A stretch of DNA of 64,000 nucleotides from Candidatus Kerfeldbacteria bacterium (GCA_047946875.1 CP181398.1:969041-1033040), one strand, 5' to 3'. Numbered from the stretch's first letter, positions 10,317-20,636 are shown. The notes: generated by a model from the sequence alone, not told the origin. Made by a program: numbers and translations.

Positions 10317-10349
10317 TAAAAAAACCGTTTGAATTTCTTCAAACGGTTT
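10317..10349 (-). terminator. Intrinsic terminator after purF
   Basis: AAACCGTTTGAA/TTCAAACGGTTT stem plus T-tract. Confidence 0.75.
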
Positions 10350-10355
10350 ATTTCT

Positions 10356-11819
10356 TTAATCTTTCTTTTCAAGAAGGATTTTACATGGAGCACCGAAACA
10401 TGTCCGGCAATAATCAGAGGCATCTCCCCCACCTTCGACGATCACCCGATCAAGCCACTTAAGTGGCAAGTAGAGCAGTGAAGCGATATCTAATTCCTGA
10501 CGAATTTCATCTTCCTTGATTTTAGCAGCAATCAACTGATCATGTGTTTTCATGTCAATCCCAAAGAAACAAGGATCTGTAATCATGGGAGCGCTGATAC
10601 GGAAATGAATCTCTTCATATCCGGCCTGACGAATTTTTTTCGCCAATACCTTGGCTGTAGTCAGTCTAACAATACTGTCGTCACAGACTATCACCTTTTT
10701 CATGGGTTTAATAAGTACATTACCCTCAGCATCATAGACACCATTTGGGACATCTCTCAAAACCGTATATTTCCTGATAGCTTTCAAACGACGAGCTGCC
10801 TGACCAGGAGAAATAAACGTTCGGCCGGTATAAGCATCTTTCATAATGCCATTACGCATTATAATTTTGCTTTGCCATGAGTAACCATCGGTAAAATAAT
10901 CACCGGATTGAGGAACGCTGACAACACAATCAGCTTCAGGAAACTGACCATTCCTTTCTAATTCATATTTAGCCGTGGCGATACCTAGACGACGACGAAA
11001 TGACGCACCAGTCTCATTGCCAAAAACGATACTATCCGGACGAGAGAAATAAATAGCCTCGAAGATACATTTGGCCAAGGGACCAGGATCCATAGCAATA
11101 ATAGATCTGTATTCACCATTTGGTGCAACAGCAATTATCTCTCCTCCTTTTACTTCTCGCTCGATGGTAGCTCCGATCAGATCAAAGACGCCTGTTTCTG
11201 AAGCGGACACAAAAGTACCATTCTTCTGACCGATAAAAAGCGGTCTATTTTCATAACGATCACGAAATACATACATCTGCGTACCGGTTAATAAACCACC
11301 GGAAAAAGTTGCAGTCAGTGTCCGCATAACCTTTTCAATCGCGTAGATATAATCCATTTTCCAATCCGGATTATCAGCCGCGATGATAGAAAATATCATC
11401 TTCAGAATGAATTCAGCATCGTTCTCGTTGTGGAATACCGCACCAGAACTATCAAATAATTCGATCTTCCGCTGATCCAAATTTGGAACATCACCATTGA
11501 GTGCTATGGACACACGACCCTTTTGATTTTCCAACCATTGAGGTTGAGCATTTTTTCTAGCACCTTCACCAGCGGTCGCATAACGAGTATGACCAATGAT
11601 CATAGATGGTTTGTGTTTTTCAATTCGGTCAAGCATGGTCATATCTAAAAGCTGACTGACCAAACCCATACCTTTAGTTCCATGAACCCTTCCATGTGAA
11701 TCAGTCCATGAACCGCCAGCACTTTCCGGACCACGATGTTGTAATCTTGGTAAAGCTAAAGCAAATGATTTCACTAATTCCGTAGAATCTCCACCTGCTA
11801 ATCCTAAAAAACCACACAT
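10356..11819 (-). CDS. purF: Amidophosphoribosyltransferase
   Basis: Met-Cys N-terminus after a GGAGGT RBS; LQHRG, GHTRYAT, CIFEAIYFSRPDS, DDSIVR (PRPP loop), PCFFGIDM and CRTCF motifs. Confidence 0.92.
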   Translation of the reverse strand: MCGFLGLAGGDSTELVKSFALALPRLQHRGPESAGGSWTDSHGRVHGTKGMGLVSQLLDMTMLDRIEKHKPSMIIGHTRYATAGEGARKNAQPQWLENQKGRVSIALNGDVPNLDQRKIELFDSSGAVFHNENDAEFILKMIFSIIAADNPDWKMDYIYAIEKVMRTLTATFSGGLLTGTQMYVFRDRYENRPLFIGQKNGTFVSASETGVFDLIGATIEREVKGGEIIAVAPNGEYRSIIAMDPGPLAKCIFEAIYFSRPDSIVFGNETGASFRRRLGIATAKYELERNGQFPEADCVVSVPQSGDYFTDGYSWQSKIIMRNGIMKDAYTGRTFISPGQAARRLKAIRKYTVLRDVPNGVYDAEGNVLIKPMKKVIVCDDSIVRLTTAKVLAKKIRQAGYEEIHFRISAPMITDPCFFGIDMKTHDQLIAAKIKEDEIRQELDIASLLYLPLKWLDRVIVEGGGDASDYCRTCFGAPCKILLEKKD

Positions 11820-11935
11820 ATATTTTACCTCCATGTGTATATTATGTTAAATATCTATTTTTTTATTTGTTAGAAGTCTTTTATCTTACAATTAATAGAA
11901 TGATATGTCAAAAATATTTATGCTATACTATAAGT

Positions 11936-12352
11936 ATGAAAAAGGTACTTATAACAGGTACATTTGATCACATTCATCCAGGACATATTGATTTCCTTAA
12001 GCAAGCCAAAAAACTTGGTGATTTTCTAATTGTGGTTATTGCTAGAGACAAAACTGTCACTAAAATAAAAGACAAAACCCCCCTAAAAAATGAATATCAA
12101 AGACAAGATGAAATAAAGAAATTGAAGATCGCTGATCGAGTTATCTTAGGGAAGATTGGAGATAAATTTGAGGTAATTGAATTGCAAAAACCAGATATTA
12201 TTTGCTTAGGATATGACCAAAAATCTTTTACCAAAGGGCTAAGGGTAGAATTAAAAAAAAGAGGTTTAAAGCCAAAAATAGTTAGACTGAAATCATTCAA
12301 GCCTAATTTATACAAATCATCTATTATTAAAAAAGCACTAAAAAAGACTTGA
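11936..12352 (+). CDS. Cytidylyltransferase family protein (RibL-like FAD synthase)
   Basis: GTFDHIHPGH, VVIARD and KPDIICLGYDQ motifs; leaderless start after TGcTATACT. Confidence 0.85.
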   Translation: MKKVLITGTFDHIHPGHIDFLKQAKKLGDFLIVVIARDKTVTKIKDKTPLKNEYQRQDEIKKLKIADRVILGKIGDKFEVIELQKPDIICLGYDQKSFTKGLRVELKKRGLKPKIVRLKSFKPNLYKSSIIKKALKKT

Positions 12353-12393
12353 TTAATAAATAAAAGCCTGCTAAACTAATTTCATTATAAAAT

Positions 12394-12445
12394 TCCGGCA
12401 ATACCTGCCCTACTTAGGCAGGCCGGATCAGGCTCTGCCTGAAAT
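12394..12445. repeat. GC-rich palindromic (REP-like) element upstream of rpsT
   Basis: TCCGGC..CCTGCC-ctactta-GGCAGGCCGGA followed by TCAGGC-tct-GCCTGA. Confidence 0.55.
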
Positions 12446-12467
12446 TAATATTTAAAATAGAAAAAAT

Positions 12468-12731
12468 ATGCCAATCAAAAAATCAGCTATCAAATATCTA
12501 AGGAAAACGAAAAAAAGAACTTCCCGCAACAAGGCAGCTAAGAGTATTACTAAGGATGTCGTGAAGAAAACTCGTGAGATTATCTTAGGGAAAGATAAAA
12601 ACAAGGCTTCCGAATCTCTAAAAAAAGCTATCAAAACTTTGGATAAGGCTGCTCAGAATAAGAGGATCAAAAAAAATAAAGCTTCTCGACTTAAATCAAG
12701 ATTAACAAAACAAGTTAATAAATTAAGTTAA
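12468..12731 (+). CDS. rpsT: 30S ribosomal protein S20
   Basis: MPIKKSAIK...LDKAA...IKKNKASRLKSRL. Confidence 0.95.
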   Translation: MPIKKSAIKYLRKTKKRTSRNKAAKSITKDVVKKTREIILGKDKNKASESLKKAIKTLDKAAQNKRIKKNKASRLKSRLTKQVNKLS

Positions 12732-12732
12732 T

Positions 12733-13704
12733 TTATTTAACTTTACAAACGCTAGTAATAAATAAATCAAACAGTAGACGAGGATCGTCACTGGTTGATT
12801 TTATTTTTGTATCTATATTCAATAACTGACGATAAATTATTTTTAACTCCTCAAGAGTAAATTGGTTAGCATCTCTGATTGCCTTCTGAGCAACAAATGG
12901 ATGTAATTTTAATCTAGAAGCAATAGTAAAATGATTTGGTTCTTTATCCATCACTTCTCTGGTCTGTAATAAAATACGAAACTGACGGATCAACATAGTC
13001 AAAATATATAACTCATGTGCTCCAGCTGCTAACTGCTCATACAATAATTTGAAAGAAAGTTTTGCATCTTTTGCAGCTAGAGCATCTGTCAGGTGAAAAA
13101 TATTTTCATCAAATTTTGCTTTTACCATTAGACGAACATCATCAGCTGTTATTGGCTGACCACTTTTATAATTAATTAATTTTTCTACCTCTGTAGACAT
13201 GCTCCATAAATCAGACCCGACCAAACTCGCCAACTCCAATACCGCCGGTGGCTCAATATTACCACCTCGCTCTTTTACTTCCTGACGAATCCATTGATTT
13301 AATTGTTCTCCTGACAATAAATTAAATTCTTCTGTTTTTTCTTTTGACAACCTTTTTAATAATTTTGAAGTTACCTTTTTACCATACTTTGTTTTTTCAG
13401 TCTCTTCCATAAAAACAAGTACATTATCATCTGACCATTCTTTGTCTAGATATTCAACCATTTCATCTTGAATAGTTTTCTTTTTATTTTTACCAACCAA
13501 TCCCTCTATAACTATAAATCTTTTCTCAGCTAGAAATCCCATCTGACCAGTATGCTTACGAATTTCTTCCATAGTCATCTTCTCACCATCTAGTCGAACA
13601 ATATTCAAACCAGACTGATCATATTTCTTGATAAATCCAGCTTGATAATAATTTAGTTTTTTTCTTGCCCGATAAATATCAGAGCCATAGAGTAAAATAA
13701 TCAT
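12733..13704 (-). CDS. holA: DNA polymerase III delta subunit
   Basis: LLYGSD, EVEKLINY, ENIFHLTDA, LIRQFRILL and LHPFVAQK motifs; convergent with rpsT. Confidence 0.9.
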   Translation of the reverse strand: MIILLYGSDIYRARKKLNYYQAGFIKKYDQSGLNIVRLDGEKMTMEEIRKHTGQMGFLAEKRFIVIEGLVGKNKKKTIQDEMVEYLDKEWSDDNVLVFMEETEKTKYGKKVTSKLLKRLSKEKTEEFNLLSGEQLNQWIRQEVKERGGNIEPPAVLELASLVGSDLWSMSTEVEKLINYKSGQPITADDVRLMVKAKFDENIFHLTDALAAKDAKLSFKLLYEQLAAGAHELYILTMLIRQFRILLQTREVMDKEPNHFTIASRLKLHPFVAQKAIRDANQFTLEELKIIYRQLLNIDTKIKSTSDDPRLLFDLFITSVCKVK

Positions 13705-13806
13705 ATAACTATAATATAACTATTCGCTGATTAAAACAAATTTTGGATTATTCACTATTTAGTTAAACCACTTTTTAACATATCTTATGTTGAAGCGGTT
13801 TTATTT

Positions 13807-13835
13807 TTGACAACCATCGATATATAATCTAAGAT
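13807..13835 (+). promoter_or_regulatory. Sigma70-type promoter
   Basis: TTGACA-17-TAAGAT. Confidence 0.6.
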
Positions 13836-13967
13836 TATTAAATTGATCTTTATCATTTGTCCGTCTATAATTTACGGGCAACAACATTTAACCTTTACTG
13901 AATGCGCGACTAATGTGTACACCAAAAAACACGTAAAAAGTTGAGCGCATAGCAAAAGGAGGACTCT

Positions 13968-14513
13968 ATGTCCACCAAACTATTACAGGTATTACCTGTA
14001 ATATTCACCAAAGATACTGCTCTCTATGGAGGGGATCCGATTTTCATCGGGGCACACTACCCAATTACTGAAATTCAAGAATCAGGTGGGTACGGCTACA
14101 TTGATGATCAAAAGATTTGCCAAGGTCCACTCAAGCTCATGCCATCATTTGTAAAAGGTTCTGGCATCGAACTGAAAGCGGAATGCAGCGTGTGCGGATT
14201 GAAAATCGAACCATCCCAAGCTGTATTTAAAAGCAAGCGCGACTGGTATGGTGCACTCAACCGTTGGATTATCTCAAAAGTTGAACGGACACATTATTCA
14301 GATTTATCTTGTCCAACAGCGTCTCTCTCAATCAATCGTAATCTTAATCCAGCAGCACCCTTACTTGACCTGCCTCCCGTTATGCTGGCACTATTACATT
14401 CACCCGAAATACACGAGCATGCGAACGAAGCATACTCAATGATAATAAGGCGGTTATTAAAAATAACCAGAAATGCATCTAGCGATGTAAAGCGAGAAAT
14501 AGGATACAAATAG
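13968..14513 (+). CDS. Hypothetical protein with a CxxC motif
   Basis: AGGAGG RBS, own promoter and terminator; CSVC motif. Confidence 0.65.
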   Translation: MSTKLLQVLPVIFTKDTALYGGDPIFIGAHYPITEIQESGGYGYIDDQKICQGPLKLMPSFVKGSGIELKAECSVCGLKIEPSQAVFKSKRDWYGALNRWIISKVERTHYSDLSCPTASLSINRNLNPAAPLLDLPPVMLALLHSPEIHEHANEAYSMIIRRLLKITRNASSDVKREIGYK

Positions 14514-14520
14514 TATATTC

Positions 14521-14555
14521 AATACCACGACTGACAACGGTCGTGGTATTTTTTT
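14521..14555 (+). terminator. Intrinsic terminator between convergent genes
   Basis: AATACCACGAC/GTCGTGGTATT stem plus T-tract. Confidence 0.8.
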
Positions 14556-14565
14556 CTTAATAAAT

Positions 14566-17340
14566 TTATACTTCTTTTAACTCTCCCCAGCTATTACCAA
14601 TCGCGATATCTGTTTTGATTGGAACTTTTAACTTATAAACATTATTCATCTCTTCGGCTATAAACTTAGCTACTTTATCAACTTCTTTCTCAGGAACTTC
14701 AAAAACTAATTCGTCATGCACCTGTAAAATAATTTTTGTTTTATTACTTATAGCGGGAAGTTTTTTATATATATTTATCATCGCAATTTTTAATAAATCA
14801 GCCGCGGTGCCTTGGACTGGCATATTTACTGCCATTCTTTCTGCCGATGCACGCATCTGTGGCATACTTGCATTTATTTCTGGCAAATATCGACGTCGTC
14901 CAAACAATGTCTCAACATACTCTTGGTCTTTGGCCGTGGCAATAGTTGTTGCTAAATATTCTTGGATTTCTTGATGAGTAAAAAAGTATTTTTCTATAAA
15001 TGCTCGAGCTCTTTCTCGAGTCATGCCTTGACGCGTAGCCAGACCCCAAGCTCCCATCCCATACAGAATCCCAAAATTCACTTCCTTAGCTTCATAACGC
15101 TGTTGTTTTGTTACCTCTTCGAGTTCAATGCCGTGTATATCCGCCGCGGTACGTTTATGAATATCCTCATCTTTATTAAATGACTCTATCATTTTTACAT
15201 CTCCGGCTAGAGAGGCTATTATTCTTAGCTCAATCTGAGAATAATCCGCAGCGATAATCTTATAACCTGGTTCCGCCACAAAAGCATTCCTTATTTTTCG
15301 TCCTTCTTCCGTACGAATAGGAATATTTTGTAAATTCGGATCAGATGAAGATAGTCTACCTGTGGCCGTTACTGTTTGATTAAAGCTTGTATGTACTCGC
15401 CCTGTCTTTGGATGAACTAATTTTGGCAGTGCTAATAAATAAGTAGACTGCAGTTTTGCTAATTCACGATAATCAGTTATAAAAGGTATTATCTCATGTC
15501 TATTTTTTAATTTATCCAATTCCGCAGCCGCAGTTGATAGTCCTGTTTTTGTTTTACTTATGCCTTCGGTACTAATTTCCAGTTTTTCGAATAATATTTC
15601 CTTTAGTTGCTTAGGAGAATTAATATTAAAAGTAACTCCTGCTGCTTTATATATATCCTGTTCTAGTTTTTCTAGAGTAGCGCCGGTTTGTTTAGATAGT
15701 TTTTCTAAAAATTTTACATCGATCTTAACCCCATTTTTTTCAATGTCTGCAATTACCTTAACTAGAGGCATTTCAATCTCCCTCATTAATTTTAATAGCT
15801 GCTTCTCCTCTAACTCTTCTTTGAAATAATTACATAAACGCCATGTGTAGTCAGCATCTTCCGCTGCATACCAAGCTAACTTATCTAGAGGTACTACTTC
15901 CATCGGTATTTGATCTTTTCCTTTACCAATTAAGTCAACGATTGGTTGCATGCCATAGTTAAAATTTTCTAAAGCTAAATTATCCAAACTATGACCTCGA
16001 GACCCAGGGTTCAATAAATATGAAGCTATCATACTATCAAAGCTCATAGGATTAAGTATTATGCCAGCTTCTCGTAATATCTCATAATCATATTTCAAAT
16101 TATGCCCACATTTTTTTATTTTTTCATTCTCTAGTAAAATCTTCAAGCTTTTCAACCATGTTTTATTATCCTTGATATTTATATAATATGCTTGATCATC
16201 TTTCCAAGAGAAGCTGACACCCAATAATTTTGCAGACCACGGAACTAGACTAGTCGTCTCTGTGTCTATCGCCATGTACTTCTGCTTGTTGGCCAAAGCT
16301 ATAAAATCTTCAAAGTCTTTATCATTATTAATTAATTTGTATTTAGAATTAGATTTTTTTTCTTCTACAACTTCTTGTTCTACTATCTCCTCTTTAACTT
16401 CTTCTGTTTTCTCAACAATCTTGGCTGGAGCTTTCAGATTTTTTTTTGGTTCTATACCAAATTCCGGCAACCTAGATAACATTGTTTTGAATTCGTACTT
16501 ATTAAACAAATCAAAAATTACCTGACGATCATACGGACGCAATAAACATTCTTCAGGATCAAAATCAATCGGCACGTCCAGGACTATAGTCGCCAATCTT
16601 TTGCTTAACAATGCTTCCTTCTTTTGTTCTGTCAGTAGTTTATATTGTCTTGCTTTGATATCTACATCTTCTCCCTGTTTTTCAATCGCTTCATATATAC
16701 CTTCCAAGCTACCAAACTTTTGTAATAAATACGTAGCACCTTTATCACCTATACCGCGTACCCCAGGAATATTGTCGGAAGGATCACCAGCAATACCTTT
16801 GAGGTCTATAATCTGCTTAGGCTCTAGTCCATATCTTTCACGAAACGCTTCTTCGTCATAAGTAACTGTATCTGACATTCCTTTACGCAAAGTATAAACT
16901 TTTGTTTTTGGAGTAATTAATTGAAATGCGTCTTTATCGCCTGTTACTATAATAGTCTCTAAATTATTTTTTTCATTAATGGTTGCTACTGTACCAATAA
17001 CATCGTCTGCTTCAAATCCTACTTTAGTAAAAACTGGGATATTAAATGCTTTAAGCACTTCTTTAGCCATAGGTATCTGATCATAAAATTCATCAGGTGC
17101 TTTTACTCGACCTGCCTTATACTCTTTGAACTCTTTGTGGCGGAATGTTTTTTCTTTCAAATCAAAAGCGACAGCCATATAAGCAGGCTTTATCTCTTTG
17201 TAAACTTTTAGTAATACATTAGTAAAACCGTAAACAGCATTAATTAGTACTCCTTTTTTAGTAGCAAGAGGTGGTATCGCATGAAAACTTCTATGCAATA
17301 ATGCATTTGCATCTATAATAATAAATTTTTTTGTAGCCAT
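14566..17340 (-). CDS. polA: DNA polymerase I
   Basis: 5'-3' exonuclease (EADD, GDKD), 3'-5' exonuclease (DTET, HNLKYD, YAAED) and polymerase motifs (DYSQIELR, VHDE). Confidence 0.98.
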   Translation of the reverse strand: MATKKFIIIDANALLHRSFHAIPPLATKKGVLINAVYGFTNVLLKVYKEIKPAYMAVAFDLKEKTFRHKEFKEYKAGRVKAPDEFYDQIPMAKEVLKAFNIPVFTKVGFEADDVIGTVATINEKNNLETIIVTGDKDAFQLITPKTKVYTLRKGMSDTVTYDEEAFRERYGLEPKQIIDLKGIAGDPSDNIPGVRGIGDKGATYLLQKFGSLEGIYEAIEKQGEDVDIKARQYKLLTEQKKEALLSKRLATIVLDVPIDFDPEECLLRPYDRQVIFDLFNKYEFKTMLSRLPEFGIEPKKNLKAPAKIVEKTEEVKEEIVEQEVVEEKKSNSKYKLINNDKDFEDFIALANKQKYMAIDTETTSLVPWSAKLLGVSFSWKDDQAYYINIKDNKTWLKSLKILLENEKIKKCGHNLKYDYEILREAGIILNPMSFDSMIASYLLNPGSRGHSLDNLALENFNYGMQPIVDLIGKGKDQIPMEVVPLDKLAWYAAEDADYTWRLCNYFKEELEEKQLLKLMREIEMPLVKVIADIEKNGVKIDVKFLEKLSKQTGATLEKLEQDIYKAAGVTFNINSPKQLKEILFEKLEISTEGISKTKTGLSTAAAELDKLKNRHEIIPFITDYRELAKLQSTYLLALPKLVHPKTGRVHTSFNQTVTATGRLSSSDPNLQNIPIRTEEGRKIRNAFVAEPGYKIIAADYSQIELRIIASLAGDVKMIESFNKDEDIHKRTAADIHGIELEEVTKQQRYEAKEVNFGILYGMGAWGLATRQGMTRERARAFIEKYFFTHQEIQEYLATTIATAKDQEYVETLFGRRRYLPEINASMPQMRASAERMAVNMPVQGTAADLLKIAMINIYKKLPAISNKTKIILQVHDELVFEVPEKEVDKVAKFIAEEMNNVYKLKVPIKTDIAIGNSWGELKEV

Positions 17341-17700
17341 AGTAGATGTATTGTATCAATTTTTTCTTCATCTGACTATCAATTATATCATATTTTTTGA
17401 CAAATTTTTTCGTATATAATAAGATAGAGCCCTGAACATTGTCATTATATAAAAGAAGTACGAATATGAAGATCGAGATGTGGTTTTTTGTTTAGACCGT
17501 TCTAGCAAAGCTCCAAGTCCAAGGACGCGGAGGCCTGCCAAATAGGCTATTCAGAGGGTTGTTCTCGACAGCTCTTATTTTCCTTTCGTTATGTTTCATG
17601 CCAAGAAATATAATTTATGAATGAAGAATGGTTAATGGAAGAGTTAACCAATGGCGAATTCCCACTTCAGGGTCTGGCTAGACTTTTATATAATGATACC

Positions 17701-17738
17701 TACTTCAACTATCAATCCAAATAGTTGAGGTATTTTTT
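17701..17738 (+). terminator. Intrinsic terminator
   Basis: TACTTCAACTAT/ATAGTTGAGGTA stem plus T6. Confidence 0.65.
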
Positions 17739-17833
17739 ATCATATTATACTTGACAAACTTGTTTTTTTGTGCTAATATTAAGATGTTAGTAAAAATAAA
17801 AATAAAAAGTAAACAAAAAGCTCTTTATATTAT

Positions 17834-17904
17834 GGAGCAATCGCTTACCAATATCTCTTTAACCTCTTTAGAGGGATGCTGGTAGCGATTGCTCCTATTT
17901 TTTT
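17834..17904 (+). terminator. Long hairpin with T-tract
   Basis: GGAGCAATCGCT...AGCGATTGCTCC enclosing further paired segments, followed by T7. Confidence 0.65.
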
Positions 17905-18009
17905 ACCCTTGACATTTTACCTATAACAATCTACTATTACAAATTATATTTGATAGCTATTTTAAATTGCAACTTAAAAAACCGTCAAATTCCAAGGAGG
18001 AATTAAAAA

Positions 18010-18483
18010 ATGGCAAGTAAAAAGGATTGTAATCGTACAACATCAATTGAAACTCTTCACACCATTACCGAATATTCGAGTGGAAAAGCTAGAATTGCTC
18101 GTAACAGAGTTATTCATCTCAATAATCTATTGAACGTTCTTCTAGAACCGACATTCAATGAAGGAGAGGCCGCTCGCATTATTGATGGTCTAAAAAAACT
18201 TCGTTGCCCAAGTCAGATGATTCAAACTCGAGTACTGAGTGTCTTAGCTTTTCACGAAGCTATGGATCCAGATAAATGGTCAAACTGCCGCGGTGAATGG
18301 ATAAAAGCTTGCGGTAGATTGGAAATTTCTGAATTCGCCACCGGTCAAGCCATCAGTGTCGGACAAAGTATTCGAGCTCAATTGTACCTTGAAAAAGCAA
18401 ATAAAAAGAATTTCCAAGTTGAAATTCGAAAAGAAGTCCAAAAAGTTTTCTTTGGTGCTAAACGAGTCATCAAACAACTATAA
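18010..18483 (+). CDS. Hypothetical protein
   Basis: AAGGAGG RBS; promoter TTGACA-17-TACTAT at 17909-17937; downstream terminator. Confidence 0.7.
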   Translation: MASKKDCNRTTSIETLHTITEYSSGKARIARNRVIHLNNLLNVLLEPTFNEGEAARIIDGLKKLRCPSQMIQTRVLSVLAFHEAMDPDKWSNCRGEWIKACGRLEISEFATGQAISVGQSIRAQLYLEKANKKNFQVEIRKEVQKVFFGAKRVIKQL

Positions 18484-18495
18484 CAAAAAATTATC

Positions 18496-18571
18496 CCCCG
18501 CATATGAAATACTATGCGGGCTTTTTTTAATAAAAAAATCCCCTAATCATACTATAATGACTAGGGGGGGT
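18496..18571. terminator. Paired terminators for convergent genes
   Basis: CCCGCATA/TATGCGGG plus T7, and A7 plus CCCCTA/TAGGGG. Confidence 0.65.
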
Positions 18572-18576
18572 TATTA

Positions 18577-19932
18577 TTATCGTTTGCGAGTTAAGGCTCT
18601 GTGAGATGTTATTTTATCTCCTTTGCCACGCTTATGCTTAACGACAAACGTCTCGCCTTCTTGGAGCTCTATACCAAACTCTTCGAATGCTAACAATCTT
18701 GCAGCAGGCGAAGCTTTATGCCCTTCAGGAAGTCTCCGAATATGTTCAGTAACTTCATGACGTCGCTTAATACTCATACGTCGTTCTGTTTCCTGAACAC
18801 CCTCTTCTACCTCCCGGGAGAGCATATCATTTATTCTAGACATATTGTCCAATGAACGAATTCTTGGAACAACAAGATCAGAAATCGATGATAGCTTTTT
18901 TCTCGTTACTACATTTATTGCACGTTCCGACCAAGTTGGTTTTGGTCCAGTTATCGAAGGAATTGTAGCAACAACTTCAATAGGTGCAATGAGATCATAC
19001 AGACAGAACATCAATTGCATTCGTAACGCATGATATTCTAGTTCACGTCCTTCTTGTTCAAAAATACGACGTACTAGACTTTGATCAAAACCGGCGGTTA
19101 AATCTAAGTTACCCTGCCAGTTCATGCTCCAAACAAATTTCCCATCAAATGGTAATTTAACCCAGTTAACTTCAGTGGAACCAACACCGGTTTCATGATG
19201 ATATTGTGGGCGAAGATCTATCAACCCTCTTTTCCCAGCTAATGCAATCTGAGCGACATAGTTGTCAGATGTAGCTGGGCCACCAGGAAAAGTTTTGCCC
19301 ATGAAATCTCTGTACCCCCAGAAAACCCAGGCATCATTTGGTGATGTCATTTTTTGAAGCTCAAAAAATGAAGGCTTCACACCATATTTACGAATTTCTC
19401 GAAGCTTCTCCATCATCTCGATCATATATCGATCGATCTCGGTAATGGAAGATTCAATAGTATCACGTAAATGTAAGCCGGCGGGGATCTTCAGACCATT
19501 AACATACGAACGGGTTTGTCTAGTCTGTTCGATGGCTTGTTTTAGAATCAATAATTTCGGATAAAACCAAACCGTCCGCTTATCTTCACTATCTTTAATT
19601 TCTCCGATGGTTGTTTTGAGTTGTTTCTCAGCTTTATCTGCTTCAGTTATATCCAAAGCAAACTGATAAGCAAGGGCTCGAATGATAGGATTACTCATCA
19701 CTGTAGTAGCTTTGAACCCAATTGCTTTGATTTTTGCTTGGTCAATACTATAACAAAGTCCAAGAAAAGTTTGCAATGAATCATCAAAATTTTTACCAAA
19801 CATGAAGCGTTTATAAATCGATTCAGATAAGGTTAAAATTTTATCAACTGATGCTCTGGTTCTAACAATTATGCCAACTTGACTCTCAAACTGCTTAAAC
19901 CCTGCAATCTCTCGGATATACATCTCAGGCAT
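18577..19932 (-). CDS. Hypothetical protein
   Basis: 451 aa ORF with AAGGAGG RBS; His/Arg-rich C-terminal motifs. Confidence 0.75.
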   Translation of the reverse strand: MPEMYIREIAGFKQFESQVGIIVRTRASVDKILTLSESIYKRFMFGKNFDDSLQTFLGLCYSIDQAKIKAIGFKATTVMSNPIIRALAYQFALDITEADKAEKQLKTTIGEIKDSEDKRTVWFYPKLLILKQAIEQTRQTRSYVNGLKIPAGLHLRDTIESSITEIDRYMIEMMEKLREIRKYGVKPSFFELQKMTSPNDAWVFWGYRDFMGKTFPGGPATSDNYVAQIALAGKRGLIDLRPQYHHETGVGSTEVNWVKLPFDGKFVWSMNWQGNLDLTAGFDQSLVRRIFEQEGRELEYHALRMQLMFCLYDLIAPIEVVATIPSITGPKPTWSERAINVVTRKKLSSISDLVVPRIRSLDNMSRINDMLSREVEEGVQETERRMSIKRRHEVTEHIRRLPEGHKASPAARLLAFEEFGIELQEGETFVVKHKRGKGDKITSHRALTRKR

Positions 19933-20081
19933 CTAAAAACCTCCTTGTTTTTTAATATACAATTTTTATTTTTCATTAGACATTAGCAAAAAGAAAGTAT
20001 TTTGTCAAGCCCTAGGAAGAAATAAAATATATAAATTAAAAACCCCATTTCATATGATCTGGGGTTTTGTTTTTTTGTCTA

Positions 20082-20636
20082 TTATTTTGGATTGGCGGCT
20101 ACCCATACTTTCCATAGGGGGGCAAAGTACGGATTGGAGCTTATCGAAACATATTCTTTTGCTTGCTCCAGAGTGATCCAATCAAAATATACTGCCAATA
20201 CAAGGCACAGAGCCTCATCAGCCAATTCCGGAAGTCCAGAGAATGATACGGCAAATTCCCCGCACCATACGGCACCACCGAATTGATTGGAACTTTCGTT
20301 ACGTGATTGCCATGATAATACATGACCTTGTTGAGCCATTAGGATAAGTCGCTTGGCTTTTTCCTGCGAACACCATAGAAATTTACGGGCCCGGGTTGTG
20401 TGAATAGAATCAGAAGTTATAACGTGTAAGATTGTACCAATACGACAACACAGTAGTAATTCTTCTGATGATTTTAGGCGAATGGTGAGATATCCACCTT
20501 TACGAATCTCTTGGAATTCCGGAAAACCGTTCAGTAACTGCATAACCTCCTCTGCCGCAGATAGAATTACAGGTAATGCAAAGTTTGTACTTTGGCTGAC
20601 ATCGGTTTTCGTGAAATCAACGTTTACGTCTGTCAT
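20082..20636 (-). CDS. Hypothetical protein, weakly GlcG/HbpS-like
   Basis: EKA...FGGAV...VSFSGL..LADE resembles the GlcG/HbpS core; GGAGG RBS. Confidence 0.45.
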   Translation of the reverse strand: MTDVNVDFTKTDVSQSTNFALPVILSAAEEVMQLLNGFPEFQEIRKGGYLTIRLKSSEELLLCCRIGTILHVITSDSIHTTRARKFLWCSQEKAKRLILMAQQGHVLSWQSRNESSNQFGGAVWCGEFAVSFSGLPELADEALCLVLAVYFDWITLEQAKEYVSISSNPYFAPLWKVWVAANPK

